Part shown: positions 24,519 to 38,885 of the stretch, piece after piece
How positions within the stretch are numbered: the stretch's first letter is position 1
Layout of the letters: each line of letters opens with the position of its first letter
Source: Octopus bimaculoides
Taxonomy: Eukaryota
Reading direction: 5' to 3'
NCBI RefSeq assembly: GCF_001194135.2
Contig: NC_069005.1
Coordinates: 7,798,026-7,862,025, forward strand
Length of the DNA stretch: 64,000 nucleotides
The notes under the pieces: model-generated
The model's database searches: none
The model's input: only the letters and a program-made list of their open reading frames with translations
What the model was told of the DNA's origin: nothing
Translations under genes and position numbers: made by a program

Positions 24519-25576
24519 CTAAAATTAGACATCAATGAAATAACAATGAATCAGGGAGTTTGTGTTGACCAAGTGATTAACTGTTATGTTATAAACTCAG
24601 ACATTTCCATTTTCTTGGTTCTAGAATACAAAACTTCATCAATATTATCATCATTTAACCCTTTTGTTACTGTATATATTCTGAGATGCTCTGTGTTTCT
24701 TTCAATTAATTTTAAATATAATAAAGAATTTAGTAAAATAACTTAGTTATCGTTAAGTTAGTGTTAGGAACATAGATTGTGACTAAGGTTTGGGGGAAGA
24801 TTTTAATTCAAAACTTATGAAAACAAGACATTTGTACTTAGAGCCAGAGCTAGTTTCAGTTGGGTTGCTTTCCATGCTGGCATGGGTTGGACAGTTTGAC
24901 ATGGAGCTGTCCAGACTCCAATTGTCTGTTGTGTCATGGTTTCTATGGATGGATGCCCTTCCTAATGCCAACCACTTAAGAAAGTGTGCTGGGTGCTTTT
25001 TACGTGTCACATTCATATTTAAACTGAAACATTACACCATAATTTTACATGCAAGAACCCATTAACCCTTTTGATACCAACCCACCTCGGAACTCCGATT
25101 CTCAGATGCAAAATTCCTGATCTAACCCTTTAGCATTCAGATTATGACGAAGTTATTTTACTAAATGCCTCATTACATTCAAAAGTAATTGAAACAAAGG
25201 CAACATATTTCAACAGAAATATGGTAATGAAAGGATTAAGTTATGTCCCAAATATAGTGACTAAGTTATAATGGCAAATATAGTTAAATCCTTCTAAATT
25301 TTCGATTATTTAAAAAATTAATAGAAATACATTGGCATTTTGTTTCATTAGAAACAATGTCAGAAAATACTTTTGGAGTTAGCTTTCCACTTGAAGAATC
25401 AAGTAATCAAGTTTAAAGGGAATAATAATCATTTCCTTCAATTTCTAGATAGAAGCAAATAGAAAATAACATTTACTGACCAAACACAAAAAAACTATTA
25501 CAATTTTATTACACAGTGTAATACATCTTACATTCAACACACACACACACACACACAGACCAAACATAAGACTTAC

Positions 25577-25735
25577 TGTGAAAATACGCAGATCACATCT
25601 CCTTCTGTCAAATCATAAGGGAGTCCACCAATAAATATCCAGGCACTGTCTTTGTACTGGTCGTGCCAAGATTTTTTGCCAACTAAACCCAATTCTAGTT
25701 CCTTTTGACTAAGTTTCTGGATGTTCTTCACATTC
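25577..25735 (-). CDS. RBMX2: RBMX2 coding exon 2 (NVKNIQKLSQKELELGLVGKKSWHDQYKDSAWIFIGGLPYDLTEGDVICVFS)
   Basis: SWH..YKDSAWIF.GGLPY.LTEGD.ICVFSQ signature; AG at 25737-25736, GTAAGT at 25576; 159 nt. Confidence 0.97.
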
Positions 25736-26199
25736 CTTTAAAGAAACAAAAATAAGATATATATATATAGTTACAGGCGTAGCTGTGTATAGACGCAGAG
25801 ATGACTGTGTGTTCAGAAGTTTGCTTCTCAACCACATGGTTCTGGACTCAGTCCTACTGTGTGGCACCTTGCGCAAGTGTCTTCTACTATAGCTTCAGGC
25901 TGACCAAAGCCTTGTCGGTGGATTGGGTAGAGGGAAACCGAAAGTAGCCAGTCGTATATGTGTACGTCTTTGCGTCTGTTTGTCCCACACCATTGCTTGA
26001 CAACTGGTGATGGTGTCTCAGGGCTACACTGATACTTTGGCATCACCTTCAAGAGATTTCTCAGTTGATTATATTTATCTCTTCTATTTACGGAACAACT
26101 GAATTCACCTTTGCATAAAGCGACAAAACACAATAAGGCAGTTTGTTCAATGATCTGATGATGAAACATGTGATAAACCAGATATATATGAGGAGTTGG

Positions 26200-26235
<36 letters not shown>

Positions 26236-28636
26236 GTATATATGACGAGCTGCTGTTTACCAAAATTCACAAAGCAATTGTCACTAGTTAGCCTGAGATT
26301 CAGACAGAAGACACTTGCTTAAGATGTGTAGTGTAATCAAATTTGGAAACGTGTGGTTAGGAAATTGTACTCTTTAACCACACAGCCATGCCTGTATAAT
26401 AATTAAAACAAATTAATTAATTAATTAACAATGAACATCTTTTTATATTATAAAATTTGTTAATATAAGAGCGATGTATGTACATGAATAATGTGTTCAG
26501 AGGAGTGAGAAGAAAGAGAAACAGGAAATGGAGAGAGAGAGAGAGGGGGGAGGGAGAGAGAGAGAGAGAGAGTAAGAATGGAGATTCAATATATGACCAA
26601 CAAATAAGAAAACAATGCTATTTCATTTGCCAATTAGAGAAAATGTCATGTTGACATATTAGTATGCTTAGGCACATTGTATCCCATTGAGAGGGAGAAA
26701 ACTCACATGGCGACATGCTGTACCTACAGCATGCTAAAGGTTAACTCATCATTATCATTTCATCGTCTACATTTCCATGCTATCATAGGTCAGATGCAGG
26801 GTTGGACTTAATGTATGGGCCAATACAAGCTATGGCTCAGGAGTCCCTCTAACTCAAAGCCTAAAAGTTGGAGTTAAAAATTAAAAAAAAATATTTATAG
26901 CAATGAAACAAATCATTTGTAATTCTTTTTTTACTTGTTTAAATGTTTTTTCATTCAACACAGTTTTATTAAATTTATCAAACCCTCTTTTGGTCTATTG
27001 GGTCATTTTAGAGCTAAAAATTCATTAAATTTAACTGAGTCCCCCTGAATCCACCAAGGCCATTAAAAATCTTTGGGGCCACTTCAAACTGTTTTGGATC
27101 CCTAGATGAAATGAGGCACTCTTTATTATCTTATGTTTTGAATTAGCAATATTGTAGAGGTCCCACTAGGTCTACAACCAGCCCAGGTCAGATTAGAGTA
27201 CACTGTTTGGCAAGAGACTGATAGAATAAGTATCAGGCTTTAACAGAAAAAAGTACTGAGGTCGATTTGTGTGACTAAAATTCTTCCAGCATGGCCACAT
27301 TCTAATGACTGAAACAAGTAAAAGACTAGAATGTCTCTGACCATAGTTACGCTGGATCAGGGTTCACTCAGATCTAGACAACAAGAAGATGTGGTTGGAG
27401 TAAGAATACAAATTAAAACATCACTGATCAACATAAACTGACTTTACAGAAGTGGGACCATAATTTTAGGTCTACTGTAGTGGTGTCTTGTTGTGTTTCT
27501 GGACATAGTTTGCCCAGCTATTAGGAAAATGTACCATATTATAGGTGATGTACTACCAACAGAGTTGTTACATTGTTAGATAGCATGCTTTGCAATATTT
27601 CTTTACACTCTTAGAGTTTTGAGTTCAAGCCCCACCAAGGTCAACAATCTTTCATCCTTTCAGTGATGGATTAGCAGAATTGTCAGAGCACGATAGAGGA
27701 TGCTTTATGGAATTTTCCTGGGTTCAAATCTCACCTCCTGTCACGAGGGGTGGGGTGGGGAGAGGAAAGAACCCCAGCAATATTTTTGTTAGGAGTTGTG
27801 ATCAACAGATAGCATGAGAACTGGAGAAACGAATTGAAACATAGTTTCCTTGGTTTGACCAGAATATCAGCTGTGATCACCCCCAACAAATCCTCAAACT
27901 GTTAGTAAAGACAGACTTGTATTCTGTATTGGTGGGCAGATAGCAGAGCTGGTAGAGTATCATGTAAAATGCATTGAGGAATTTATGGGCTACATTCAGA
28001 CTTCAATTACTGCCCAGGTTTCATAAATACCTGCTGACAGAAAAAAATACTGGAGTCAAATGCTATTGACCATAATCTAGGGAACCAGTCAAAGAATCTA
28101 CATAGGAAATACTGTTTTACGATCTGGGGCACTGCTGCTACAAAGCGCACAAACCTCAAAATGAAGGCCATCACACTGTAGTATCTGGCCCAAAGATGCA
28201 ACATCTCCTTTCTCTGCCCTATTTTGTTATTACTACCATGCTTCTGCTTCTCTGAAGTAGCTAGTTGCATATCACCTTCATCAGTTTCTCCTCTACTATA
28301 TCTCACACTTCAGGGCAAGTTACTTATCTCACCCCAACCTATCCTTCAACACCACCAGAGCTTTAGTTCTCTGAAATTTATACTCCATTCACATTTTCCC
28401 AGTAGACATTCACTTTCAAATGTTCAATTCAACATAAACCAGAATGGTTGTTCTCTGTAGTCTCTCAGAAAGCCTACAAAGACTAGAAGAGGGAACAACC
28501 CTTTTGCAGGAAGTAAACATTAAAAGAATAATAACCCCTGCCCCCTCTTATCTGCTTCATGCAATGAAACTGGAGCCAGCTGTCAGCCCTCAAAAAGCTC
28601 TTGTGAAACAGGATGCAGTTCATATTTCATCATATA

Positions 28637-29015
28637 GGCACAGGAGTGGCTGTGTGGTAAGTAGCTTGCTTACCAACCACATGGTTCCGGGTTCAGTCCC
28701 ACTGCGTGGCACCTTGGGCAAGTGTCTTCTACTATAGCTTTGGGCTGACCAAAGCCTTGTGAGTGGATTTGGTAGACGGAAACTGAAAGAAGCCCATCAT
28801 ATATATGCATATGTATGTGTGTGTATATGTTTGTCCCCCAACATCGCATGACAACCGATGCTGGTGTGTTTACGTCCCTGTAACTTAGCAGTTCGGTAAA
28901 GGATACCGATAGAATAAGTACTAGGCTTACAAAGAATAAGTCCCGGGGTCGATTTCTTCGACTAAAGGCGGTGCTCCAGCATGGCCACAGTCAAATGACT
29001 GAAACACATAAAAGA
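28637..29015 (+). mobile_element. tRNA-derived SINE family B, the most abundant here; copies e.g. 14685-15040, 15070-15425, 31478-31831(-), 33250-33548(-), 43275-43635, 51826-52182, 62585-62735(-)
   Basis: TGGCTGTGTGGTAAG...GGTTCAGTCCC head, an internal microsatellite, and the tail GATAGAATAAGTACTAGGCTTACAAAGAATAAGTCC...ATGACTGAAACAAGTAAAAGA. Confidence 0.85.
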
Positions 29016-29196
29016 GTATATGCATAAGATGACATAGATATTTCATATTATAAATTATTAGGGTAGCTGAATCAATGGGTTAATTTATTTATAATTATAT
29101 TGCTGATTATAGGTTAACAGGCTTTATCACTGGTTCAGTTCATTTCTCATGTCAAAAGTGTCTGTGCAAATCAAGCAGATTAAATACCACAAAGTA

Positions 29197-30390
29197 TTGG
29201 GTCATTCCATAAATAATGCAGCTATTTTCAACTGCATGAACCAAAAGTCGTTGGGGACAGGATAGACTACCTGCATCAACTTCCTATAAAAGCAGGTAGT
29301 AATTTTATCTTGTCCTTATTCTTAGTGCAAGTTTTGAAGAGTGCAGTTCGATTTTAACAGTTATTTTTTCAAAGCTGTAGTGGAAGTGACAAAGGAGCAT
29401 ATTCAGCATATTTTTAGCTTTGTGAGTTCAATAAAGGCAACAACGCAACGGAAAGTGCAAGGAATATTAATTATGGAGATCGGACAATAAGTGTAAGCAA
29501 GTGTCAACACTGGTTCCAGAAATTCTGAGCTAAAAACTACAGCCTAGAAGATGAGCCTCATCCTGGACGATCTGTAGAGCTTGATGAGGACATCCTGCAA
29601 ACCCTGGTGGAACAAAATCCCATTGTAACTGTTGAGGAACTAACAGAGAAGCTTGGATTTGGTCATTCAACTAATCATCAACAGCTGCGTGCCATTGGAA
29701 AAGTCAGCAAATTGGGTCAATGGGTTCCTCACAAACTTTCCGAGTCTAATCGCATGCAGAGAGTGAATGTGTGCTCTTCTTTGCTGCCACATCTCACGAA
29801 TGAACCTTTTTGGGATTGAATAGTGACTGGTGACGAGAAATGGGTTCTCTATAAAAATGTCAAATGCTGAAGACAGTAGGTAGGGAAAAGGAGAAACACT
29901 GGCACCCCAGGCTAAAGAAGGTCTTCATCCATGTAAGGTGTTGTTATCTGTTTGGTGGGATATGAAAGGTTTAGTCCTCTTTGAACTTTTAAATCCAAAC
30001 CAAACGATAACAAAGGAGATCTACTGTGAGCAGCTTGAGCGGCTTAAGTCAGCGCTAGAAGAAAAACGACCATCTTTGGTTTCAAATGAAAGGTTTTCTT
30101 TCATCTGGATAATGCTCGGCCACATACAGTAAAGATGACATTCCAAAGGCTGGAATAGTTTGAATGGAAAATGATGACCCACCCACGATATTCATTGGAC
30201 ATTGACCCATCTGATTATCATTTATTCTGCAAAATCATTTGGACGGAAAAATATGAACTCTGTAGATGAGGTCAGAACAGTACTGGAAGAGTATTTTTTG
30301 CTATGGACAAGTGAATTTTGGAAGAGGGGCCTTGCAAGTTTACCAGATACAAGGAAGGGCATTGTAGAAAACGAAGGAGGTTGTTTTTTG
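29197..30390 (+). mobile_element. Near full-length decayed mariner (DD34D) transposon; pseudogenised transposase ~29380-30390
   Basis: HTH region, WVPHKL, IVTGDEKW, LLSVWWD, a frameshifted DNARPH, and YSLDIDPSDYHLF, with several stops. Left end TA|TTGGGTCATTCC; the right TIR was not found. Confidence 0.92.
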
Positions 30391-31629
30391 GGATTGTGAT
30401 TGTTTTTTGTGACATTCTAATCACACACACACAATGGCATCCTGCATGGTTTTCCCCTCTCAAATTTCACAAAGTATTGGTTATCCTAGGGTGATAGTGG
30501 AAGACACTGTACTACTGTGCAGTGAGATCAAATCAGGAAGCACATGGTTGTAAAACAAACATTTATGCACACAGCCATGGGTGTCCCTGACATGAAACTA
30601 TGAGTCTACCAAGATGTAGCAGAATAGTGATACTAACAGAAACACAAATCAATATATATATTAGCAACAGAGGCAGTATTAATACTGAAAGGTAATATTT
30701 ATTCCCACCTGAATGTGGATGTTAGAAAAACTATACTGCGGTAGATATCATGAGATAAATTCTCACATTAGCTTTTGGTACAAAATGCTCTCTGTCATTA
30801 ATATTTTTTAACAAGCCCACCGGTTAATTGTAACACCAGTGCTTGTTCTGGCACTGTTTTTCTATATATCGCTGACAGAGACAGGCTGCTATTTCTAGCG
30901 GCTGAGCATTCATCATTGGACAAGAAAGGTTGAAATTGTGATCTGGTGGTCCTGGTGCTGGAGATAGTGGGGATTTATCTCCCTGCTAGTGATATGAAAT
31001 CCATTTTGCTCTATCACATTAAAATTTTTCCCAAACTCAAATGACCATTTTTCACCATATCTAAGGATAGAATTGGTTAAATCAAATGCAGCTGGACATA
31101 ATGTTGAAAACATAACTTTTCAATATCATTGAAAGTAAATGCAACTACAAAAGTGGAAACAAGTCATATCGACAGAAATGTTCCTTATACAATTAGATGT
31201 TAATAAACATCACATTCCTGTGGCTCTTGACATTATACATGTCCCATGTTTGTGGAATTTTCCTGCAGATATGCTTATGCTGTGCTTGATTTAGTATAAA
31301 TATAATTGCAAACCAGGAGAGTCAGGCTTTGTTGAACCTTTAACTACTTCTTATGAAAATTGGTATTATGAATGCTCCCTTAATGTTTTAATTGTGAGGT
31401 CACAAGGGTCAAGCTTTGTCAAAGAGCTGTATATACTCTTTGCCGTCACAAATCTGCATTTGCTCACTTTATAACTCTTTTACTTGTTTCAGTCATTTGA
31501 CTGGGGCCATGCTAGAGCACCGCCTTTTAGTCGAGCAAATCGACCCCCAGGACTTATTCTCGGTAAACATAGTACTTATTCTACCGGTCTCTTTTGCCGA
31601 ACCGCTAAGTTACGGGGACGTAAACACAG

Positions 31630-31668
<39 letters not shown>

Positions 31669-34600
31669 CATACAACGGGCTTCTTTCAGTTTCCACCTAC
31701 CAAATCCACTCACAAGGCTTTGGTTGGCCCGAGGCTATAGTAGAAGACACTTGCCCAAGGTGCCACGCAGTGGGACTGAACCCGGAACCATGTGGTTGGT
31801 AAGCAAGCTACTTACCACACAGCCACTCCTGTTGACAATTCTGAAAAAGATTTTCCCAGATGACAACTGGCTCGAATACGTTTTGTATTTCAGAAATGGT
31901 GTGTGTGTGTGTGTGTGTGGTGATCAAGTAAGTTTCATATGTCAAAGTACAGAGTACTCAATACAATAAATATAAACTTTATTATGATTATAGATCACCT
32001 GTGAATCTGCATTACTCAGTGTCAAAGATACTCAAGGTGGCTGAGTACTTATTGACAAGTTTTTCCAACTGAATAGAAAATTTAATTTTTTAACATCACA
32101 ATTATCCATTTTCCAGCCTAACTAAGAATAAACTGAAGATCGATCAATCAATATTTTTTATTGATAATTTAGGCATTACAGAGTTAAGCTGAAAGTAAGA
32201 TACAATTATTTCACTTTAACCTCTTATAATTTTTTGAATCTTCTAGCATTCAGATTATTGTCAAATGCATTGCTTATTTATTCACATTGTTTTGAATAAT
32301 CACACACTTTCTTGTATCTTGTAGCTTCAAGATTTTGATGTGGCTGTTCATTTTTAGAATGACATTGTAGGTTAGGTGTGAGAGGCTGGATCTGGCCAGT
32401 TTGAACATAAAATAGGTAGAATATTTGGGCCAGATATGGCTGGTTTAAATGCTAATGGGTGAATTGTTTTTAAGATTATATATAAATGCAAAGAAAAAAA
32501 AAACAGGAAAAATAACAAAAGTCAAAGGGATGTACACAGTGAATGTATTAGATTGATGCTCAGAGAAAGGTTTAAGATAGGAAAAAAAAAAAAAGGANNN
32601 NNNNNNNNNNNNNNNNNNNNNNNNNNNNNNNNNNNNNNNNNNNNNNNNNNGGGGGGGGGGGGTGACTTTCTGAGCCTGGCTCTTCATCAGAAAGCAGAAA
32701 GTGGAAAAAGTCTGGAGAGAAGGAAACGTGTGTGTTGTTACATGGCTGAAGAATAATACACACACACATACATACACAACGGGCTGCTATGAAGTTTCCA
32801 TCTACCAAATTCACTCACAAATCATTTGTCAGTCCAGGGTTCTATGGCAGGAGACATCTGGGCAACTGTCTTCTGTTATAGAAGACACTGGACAGTGAGA
32901 ATGAACATGAAACCACATGGTTACAAAGCAAACTTCTTAACCACACAGCCATGCCTATACCTGTAATTGTTCTATAATTATTTTGCAGGTTTCATACATT
33001 GTAATGAATTTATTCTGCTCCATGCATGGTCAGATGGTTTTGATCTATTGTTAAATGGTTGGATAGCTTTTGCAAATTTCGACAGTTCCATGCAAGAGGA
33101 GAATATACATTAGGGACGGAGGATGAGAGTACTTCTCAAAAGCCAACCAATTGTCTGTAGAGTGGGAAATGTAAAATATAGAGGTGGCGATGATGATGTC
33201 GTCACCATAGTTTTTATTTTCGTTCTTTTGTTTCGGTAATTTGACCGTGGCCAAGCTGGAGCACTGCCTTAAAGGCTTTTAGTCGAAGAAATTGAATCTA
33301 GGACTTAATCTTTGTAAGCCTAGTAATTATTCTATTGGTCTCTTTTGCCAAACCGCTAAGTTACGGGGACATAAACACACCAGCATCGGTTGTCAAGCAA
33401 CGGCAGGGCAATAAACACAGACATACACATATATATACGACAGCTTGAAGCTATAGTAGAAGACACTTGCCCGAGGTGCCACACAGTGGGACTGAACCCG
33501 GAACCATGTGGTTGGTAAGCAAGCTACTTACCACACAGCCACTCCTGTACATTCACTTTTCCATGCTCACATGGGTTGGTTAGAATTTTCTATAGCTGGA
33601 CACCCTTCCTGTTGCCAACCCTCACTCTCTCCTCTTGCTCTTCCCTCTGGCTAGGTAACCAAGTATCTCCTTAACAACAGCACACCTGTTCCTGTCCTTC
33701 CTTGTTACCTCTCTCTCTCTGGCTGGGTAATCACGTACATCCTCAATAGCAAGACACCTGTTTCTCTCTCTGTCACATTCTAACCTTTCATCATCTGACA
33801 CAAGATCACCTCCTCCATCCAATACTCCTTCCCCTATCAAAAATTCCTTGTCTTGCAAGTTACTCGGTGACCCTGTCAGTGCTGGTGCCACATAAAAAGC
33901 ATCCAGCACACACTGTAAAGTGGTTGGCATCCAAATGTAAAAACCTTGCCAAAACTGAGCTTGCCTGTGCTGGTGCCACATAAAAAGCACTCAGTCCACT
34001 CTGCGGGGTAGTTGATGTTAGGAAGGGCATCCAGCTGTAAAAACCATGCCAAAAAAAAAAAGACACAAGACTGGTGTAGTCTTCTATCTGGCCGGCACCT
34101 GTCAAACCATCCAACTCATGCCAGCATGGAAGGCAGATGTTAAACAATGTTGATGATGACATTATCCAAGGTTTCCAAATTTTAAGTTGGTGGGATATGA
34201 TGAGAGAAACTCGGCTGCTGTTTCTAGCAAGTCAAGCATCCATGTAGAGAACCGGCTAAAAATGGTAGCTATAATTATCAAAACTGCCAGTGTAGGCTGT
34301 TCTGTAGCTCTAGGTTATCTCTGATTGAGGCAACCAGTAAGCAAAAATATTCAAGCCATGATTGTCCTGCCATTTTGCATTATGTTTAACATTACACTAA
34401 CCAATATGTGCTTCATTGTTTTTAAGGCAGTAGGGTGTAATTTGAGGGAGATTTGACTGCTAGTTTTAGCAGGCAGGGGTTCCTTCATGAGCTGTACAAG
34501 CTTTAAAATAACTACTAGAATTCTGTGCACACTTTCAATATAAGCTTTGTACTGTCTGTCATATGTAAGAAATCATGTCATAATAATACAATAGTCTGTG

Positions 34601-35759
34601 TACCCTATAAACCCTCATTGTAAAGAGGAAAAGTGAAGTAAAACGGCTGGAAGAATGGGAATATAGGTCAGACTAGTGTGGTTAATATGAGATTGAAGGT
34701 GAGGAAGAGAGAGAAATAAAGGTTATAGTGTGAGGAAGTCATAATACAGATGACAAGCAGAGGTTTGGCAGGTTAGAGAATAGCTAAAGATATTGGTTTC
34801 CAAATTTGGCAAAGGTCCAGCAAGTTCGGGGCGGGGGTGGGGAGAAGTTGATTACATCAATCCCAGTCCTCAACTGGTACTTATTTCATTGACACCCACA
34901 CTCCCCCGAAAGGATGCAAAGCAAAGTTGACCTTGGCAGAATTTGAACTCAGGATGTAAAGATGGACAAAAATACTGCTAAACATTTTGCTGGTGTGCTA
35001 TCAATTCTGTTGGCTCACCGCCTTTAGAACAGCTAAAAATATCATTTCAAATTTTGGCACAAAGCCAGCAATTTTAGAGGAAGGAGTTAGTTCGCTGATA
35101 CCACAGAGTTCTGTGTTGGAGTGGTACTTTATTTTATTGACCCCCGAAAGGATGGAAAGCAAAGTTGAAGCTAGTAGAATTTGAACTCAGAGAGTAAAGA
35201 GCAGGACAAAATGTAAAACAGGATTTGGAAACTGTCTTGACAAAAGTTGTCAAAAAGTACAAATGGATTTCTTTAATACATGATATGAGATGCAAATGAT
35301 TGAGAAACTTGAAAGAATTTTAAATATTTACTTCACTTTTTGGCATTTAAAACAGCCGTCATCATCATCGTCGTTTAACGTCTGCTTACCATGCTGATAT
35401 GGGTTGGATGGTTTGACTGAGGACTGGCAAGCCAGGAGGCTGCACCAGGCTCCAATATGATCTGGCAAAGTTTCTACAACCGGATGCCCTTCCTAACACC
35501 AACCACTCTGAGAGTGCAGCGGGTGTGTTTTATGTGCCACTGGCATGGATGGGGACCATTCAGGCGGCACTGGCAGTAGCCACGCTCAAATGGTGTTTTT
35601 TACGTGCCACTGACAAGGGTACCAGTTAGGTGGCCACAGCTACGATTTCACTTGGTTCAAAAGGTCTTCACAAGCATGACATATTTCCTGATGATTGAAG
35701 GGTGCTTTTAAACGGGCCAGTTATGCAACACTGGCAATAGCCATGGCTATGATCTCACT

Positions 35760-36319
35760 TGGCTTGCCGAGTCTTCTCAAGCATGGCATATCTTCAAAGG
35801 TCTCAGTTACTTGTCATTGCCTCTGAGAGGCCCAATGGTACTGTCAATTCGAATAGCTGGTCCCTCTGTTGGGTCGACATTTGGCAGACTCTCTTTCATT
35901 CTCTTCATTTAGCAACCTTTCATAGTGGCCTCTCTCTTTGCAGCCTCATTAAATGCAAGTGAGCCATCATCCATGCGGACACATTTCTCTCCGGACATCA
36001 TGATTCTCTCTCACACACACTGTCTTGCAATTCAAAACACTTCAAGTCTCTGGTTCTCACAATGCAAAACATTGGCAAATTTTCTCTTACCCACTTCCCC
36101 TCTGGCTAAGTAGACCTGTCCCCTAGCTTCCCTTCTGTCAATCTCATACAGTTTCCTGCTACCACCACTCTTCCAGTCCTTCCATGCCTGTTTCTTTTCC
36201 CTAATGGCCCTGTCAACTACATTGTTCTACCACCATGTTACCTAAGGTCAAGAAGGGACTTTGCACCAGCCATGGATCTGGTCGGTAGCCCTCAACAGGT
36301 TATCCCGTAGGAACCTCCA
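35760..36319 (-). mobile_element. Decayed RTE LINE internal fragment (endonuclease-RT linker), truncated by a gap
   Basis: Minus strand: WRFLRDNLLRATDQI...VTWW*NNVVDRAIREKKQAWKDWK, an RTE-type WWN...AIREKK motif. Confidence 0.7.
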
Positions 36320-38686
36320 NNNNNNNNNNNNNNNNNNNNNNNNNNNNNNNNNNNNNNNNNNNNNNNNNNNNNNNNNNNNNNNNNNNNNNNNNNNNNNNNN
36401 NNNNNNNNNNNNNNNNNNNNNNNNNNNNNNNNNNNNNNNNNNNNNNNNNNNNNNNNNNNNNNNNNNNNNNNNNNNNNNNNNNNNNNNNNNNNNNNNNNNN
36501 NNNNNNNNNNNNNNNNNNNNNNNNNNNNNNNNNNNNNNNNNNNNNNNNNNNNNNNNNNNNNNNNGGGGGGGTTCTTCACCTGGGAAAATTTTGGCATTTA
36601 TAAGTAGCCATTTTTCTTGTTCCCTGGTGAGAATGTGGTCAATCTGACTAGTGTGCCCACCAGACTGGTAGATGAACAGGTGACTGGCAGGTTTCCTCCA
36701 TAATCAGCCCAAATATTCTACCTGTTTTATGTTAAAATCAGCCAGATCCGGTCTCTCACACCTGCTTTTCAATATCTTTCTACAAATAAACTACATCATT
36801 GGAAATGTTAAAGCTATGAGATAATGCAAAATCAATTCAAAACAACGTCAATAAATTAAGCATTGCATTTAATAAGAGTGATATGAATGTTAAAGGGTTT
36901 AATAACTTAGTGCCCATGTTGTACATGGCCTTCAAGATGGGTGGAGAGAAATTATTCTCAGACTGGTGATCTGGCTCAACTGCCTGGCAACCAAGTTGTA
37001 CTCTGCTAAAGTCAGCCAAGGGCTAAGTGTTGGTGCTAAGCATGGCAGTGGTCTTTTATATATCATCATCATTTAACGTCTGCTTTCCATGCTAGCATGG
37101 GTTGGACGATTTGACTGAGGACTGGCAAGTGTCTTCAGCTATATCCTCGAGCCAACCAAGGCCTTGTGAGTNNNNNNNNNNTCGCTTGACAACCGATGCT
37201 GGTGTGTTTATGTCCCCGTCACTTAGCGGTTCGGCAAAATAGACCGATAGAATAAGTACTAGGCTTACAAAGAATAAGTCCTGAGGTCGATTTGATTTGA
37301 CTAAAGGCGGTGCTCCAGTCTACCCTTAGGTCTCCTGAGCATATTCTGTTTGCAAGCATTCATGCCAGATCTCTGGTTTGTAGTTTCCGAGGCTTTTTAA
37401 AGTGTTAGAGCCACTACCCTTCTGCCTAAGTGATATACATATATATATATAGAATAAGAGTATTTTTAATGGAGACAATACTCCGTGTATAGTACAACTG
37501 TTTTTTTTTTTTTTTGCTTGTTTATGAGCTAAGGAGTAATAAAAATGTAAGTTGTCAGTACTTTACATCCAAAACAAACCTCTGACTCCATGGGCATGCA
37601 TGGGCCCAAATATAAGTGCAATTAAATTTGAATTGTGTAAAGGGTTGTTAATTAGCAATGATTCAAAATTCAGTCAATTTTCATCCTGATGAGAAAAAAA
37701 CTGATCAATTTGGCTTGGAAGTAAGTAATATGAAAGTTGATAAAGGAAATGGTGAAAGGTAATAAAGGATCTCCAGACGTTGGGCCTTATAGAGATGACA
37801 AGGGACTGAGACTTCTGGCAGTTTGCTGTGCTTGAGAAGACACATCTGGCTAATTAAAATTGTGGCTGCCCTGCATACAGGCATGTCCTCTGCACCCCTC
37901 TCTCAGCTGGGAGGTCCTAGTCTTGCAGGCTTGTGGGTGCTGGTGCCACGTAAAAGCACTCAGTACACTCTGTAAAGTGGTTGGCATTAAGAAGGGCATC
38001 TGGTCATAAAAACCATGCCAAAAGAGACAAATGGAGCCTGGCCAGCTGGAGAGCTGCCCAGCTTCTGTCAAACCGTCCAACCTGTGCCAGCATAGAGAAT
38101 GGATGTATGATCATCATCATCATCATCATCATCGTTTAACGTCCGCTTTCCATGCTAGCATGGGTTGGACGATTTGACTGAGGACTGGTGAAACCGGATG
38201 GCAACACCAGGCTCCAGTCTGATTTGGCAGAGTTTCTACAGCTGGATGCCCTTCCTAACGCCAACCACTCAGAGAGTGTAGTGGGTGCTTTTACGTGTCA
38301 CCCGCACGAAAACGGCCACGCTCNNNNNNNNNNNNNNNNNNNNNNNNNNNNNNNNNNNNNNNNNNNNNNNNNNNNNNNNNNNNNNNNNNNNNNNNNNNNN
38401 NNNNNNNNNNNNNNNNNNNNNNNNNNNNNNNNNNNNNNNNNNNNNNNNNNNNNNNNNNNNNNNNNNNNNNNNNNNNNNNNNNNNNNNNNNNNNNNNNNNN
38501 NNNNNNNNNNNNNNNNNNNNNNNNNNNNNNNNNNNNNNNNNNNNNNNNNNNNNNNNNNNNNNNNNNNNNNNNNNNNNNNNNNNNNNNNNNNNNNNNNNNN
38601 NNNNNNNNNNNNNNNNNNNNNNNNNNNNNNNNNNNNNNNNNNNNNNNNNNNNNNNNNNNNNNNNNNNNNNNNNNNNNNNNNNNNNN

Positions 38687-38885
38687 CGGTCCGTAGTCAT
38701 CGCCTCGGTGAGGCCCAATGTACGAAGGTCTTGCCTCACCACCTCAGCCCAGGTCTTCCTGGGCCTACCTCTTCCACGGGTTCCCTCAACTGTTAGGGTG
38801 TGGCACTTTTTCACGCAGCTATCCTCCTCCATTCTCACCACATGTCCATACCAGCGCAATCGTCTCTCTTGCACGCCACAACTGA
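38687..38885 (-). mobile_element. RTE LINE 3' coding end, next to a gap
   Basis: QERRLRWYGHVVRMEEDSCVKK...VEGTRGRGRPRKTWAEVVRQDL, a typical RTE C-terminus. Confidence 0.9.

Noticed and set aside
27940-28620. Non-repetitive-looking stretch in RBMX2 intron 1 as a possible nested gene
   Set aside because: The frames I translated have frequent stops or no recognisable motifs, and there is no consistent splice chain.
29188-30480. 13-bp direct repeat CACAAAGTATTGG flanking the mariner
   Set aside because: The right copy is part of a separate SINE and the left copy overlaps the TA plus TIR start; mariners make 2-bp TA duplications.
30780-31470. Possible nested gene or transposase (ORF 30913-31113)
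   Set aside because: No recognisable domain and stops surround it in every frame I translated.
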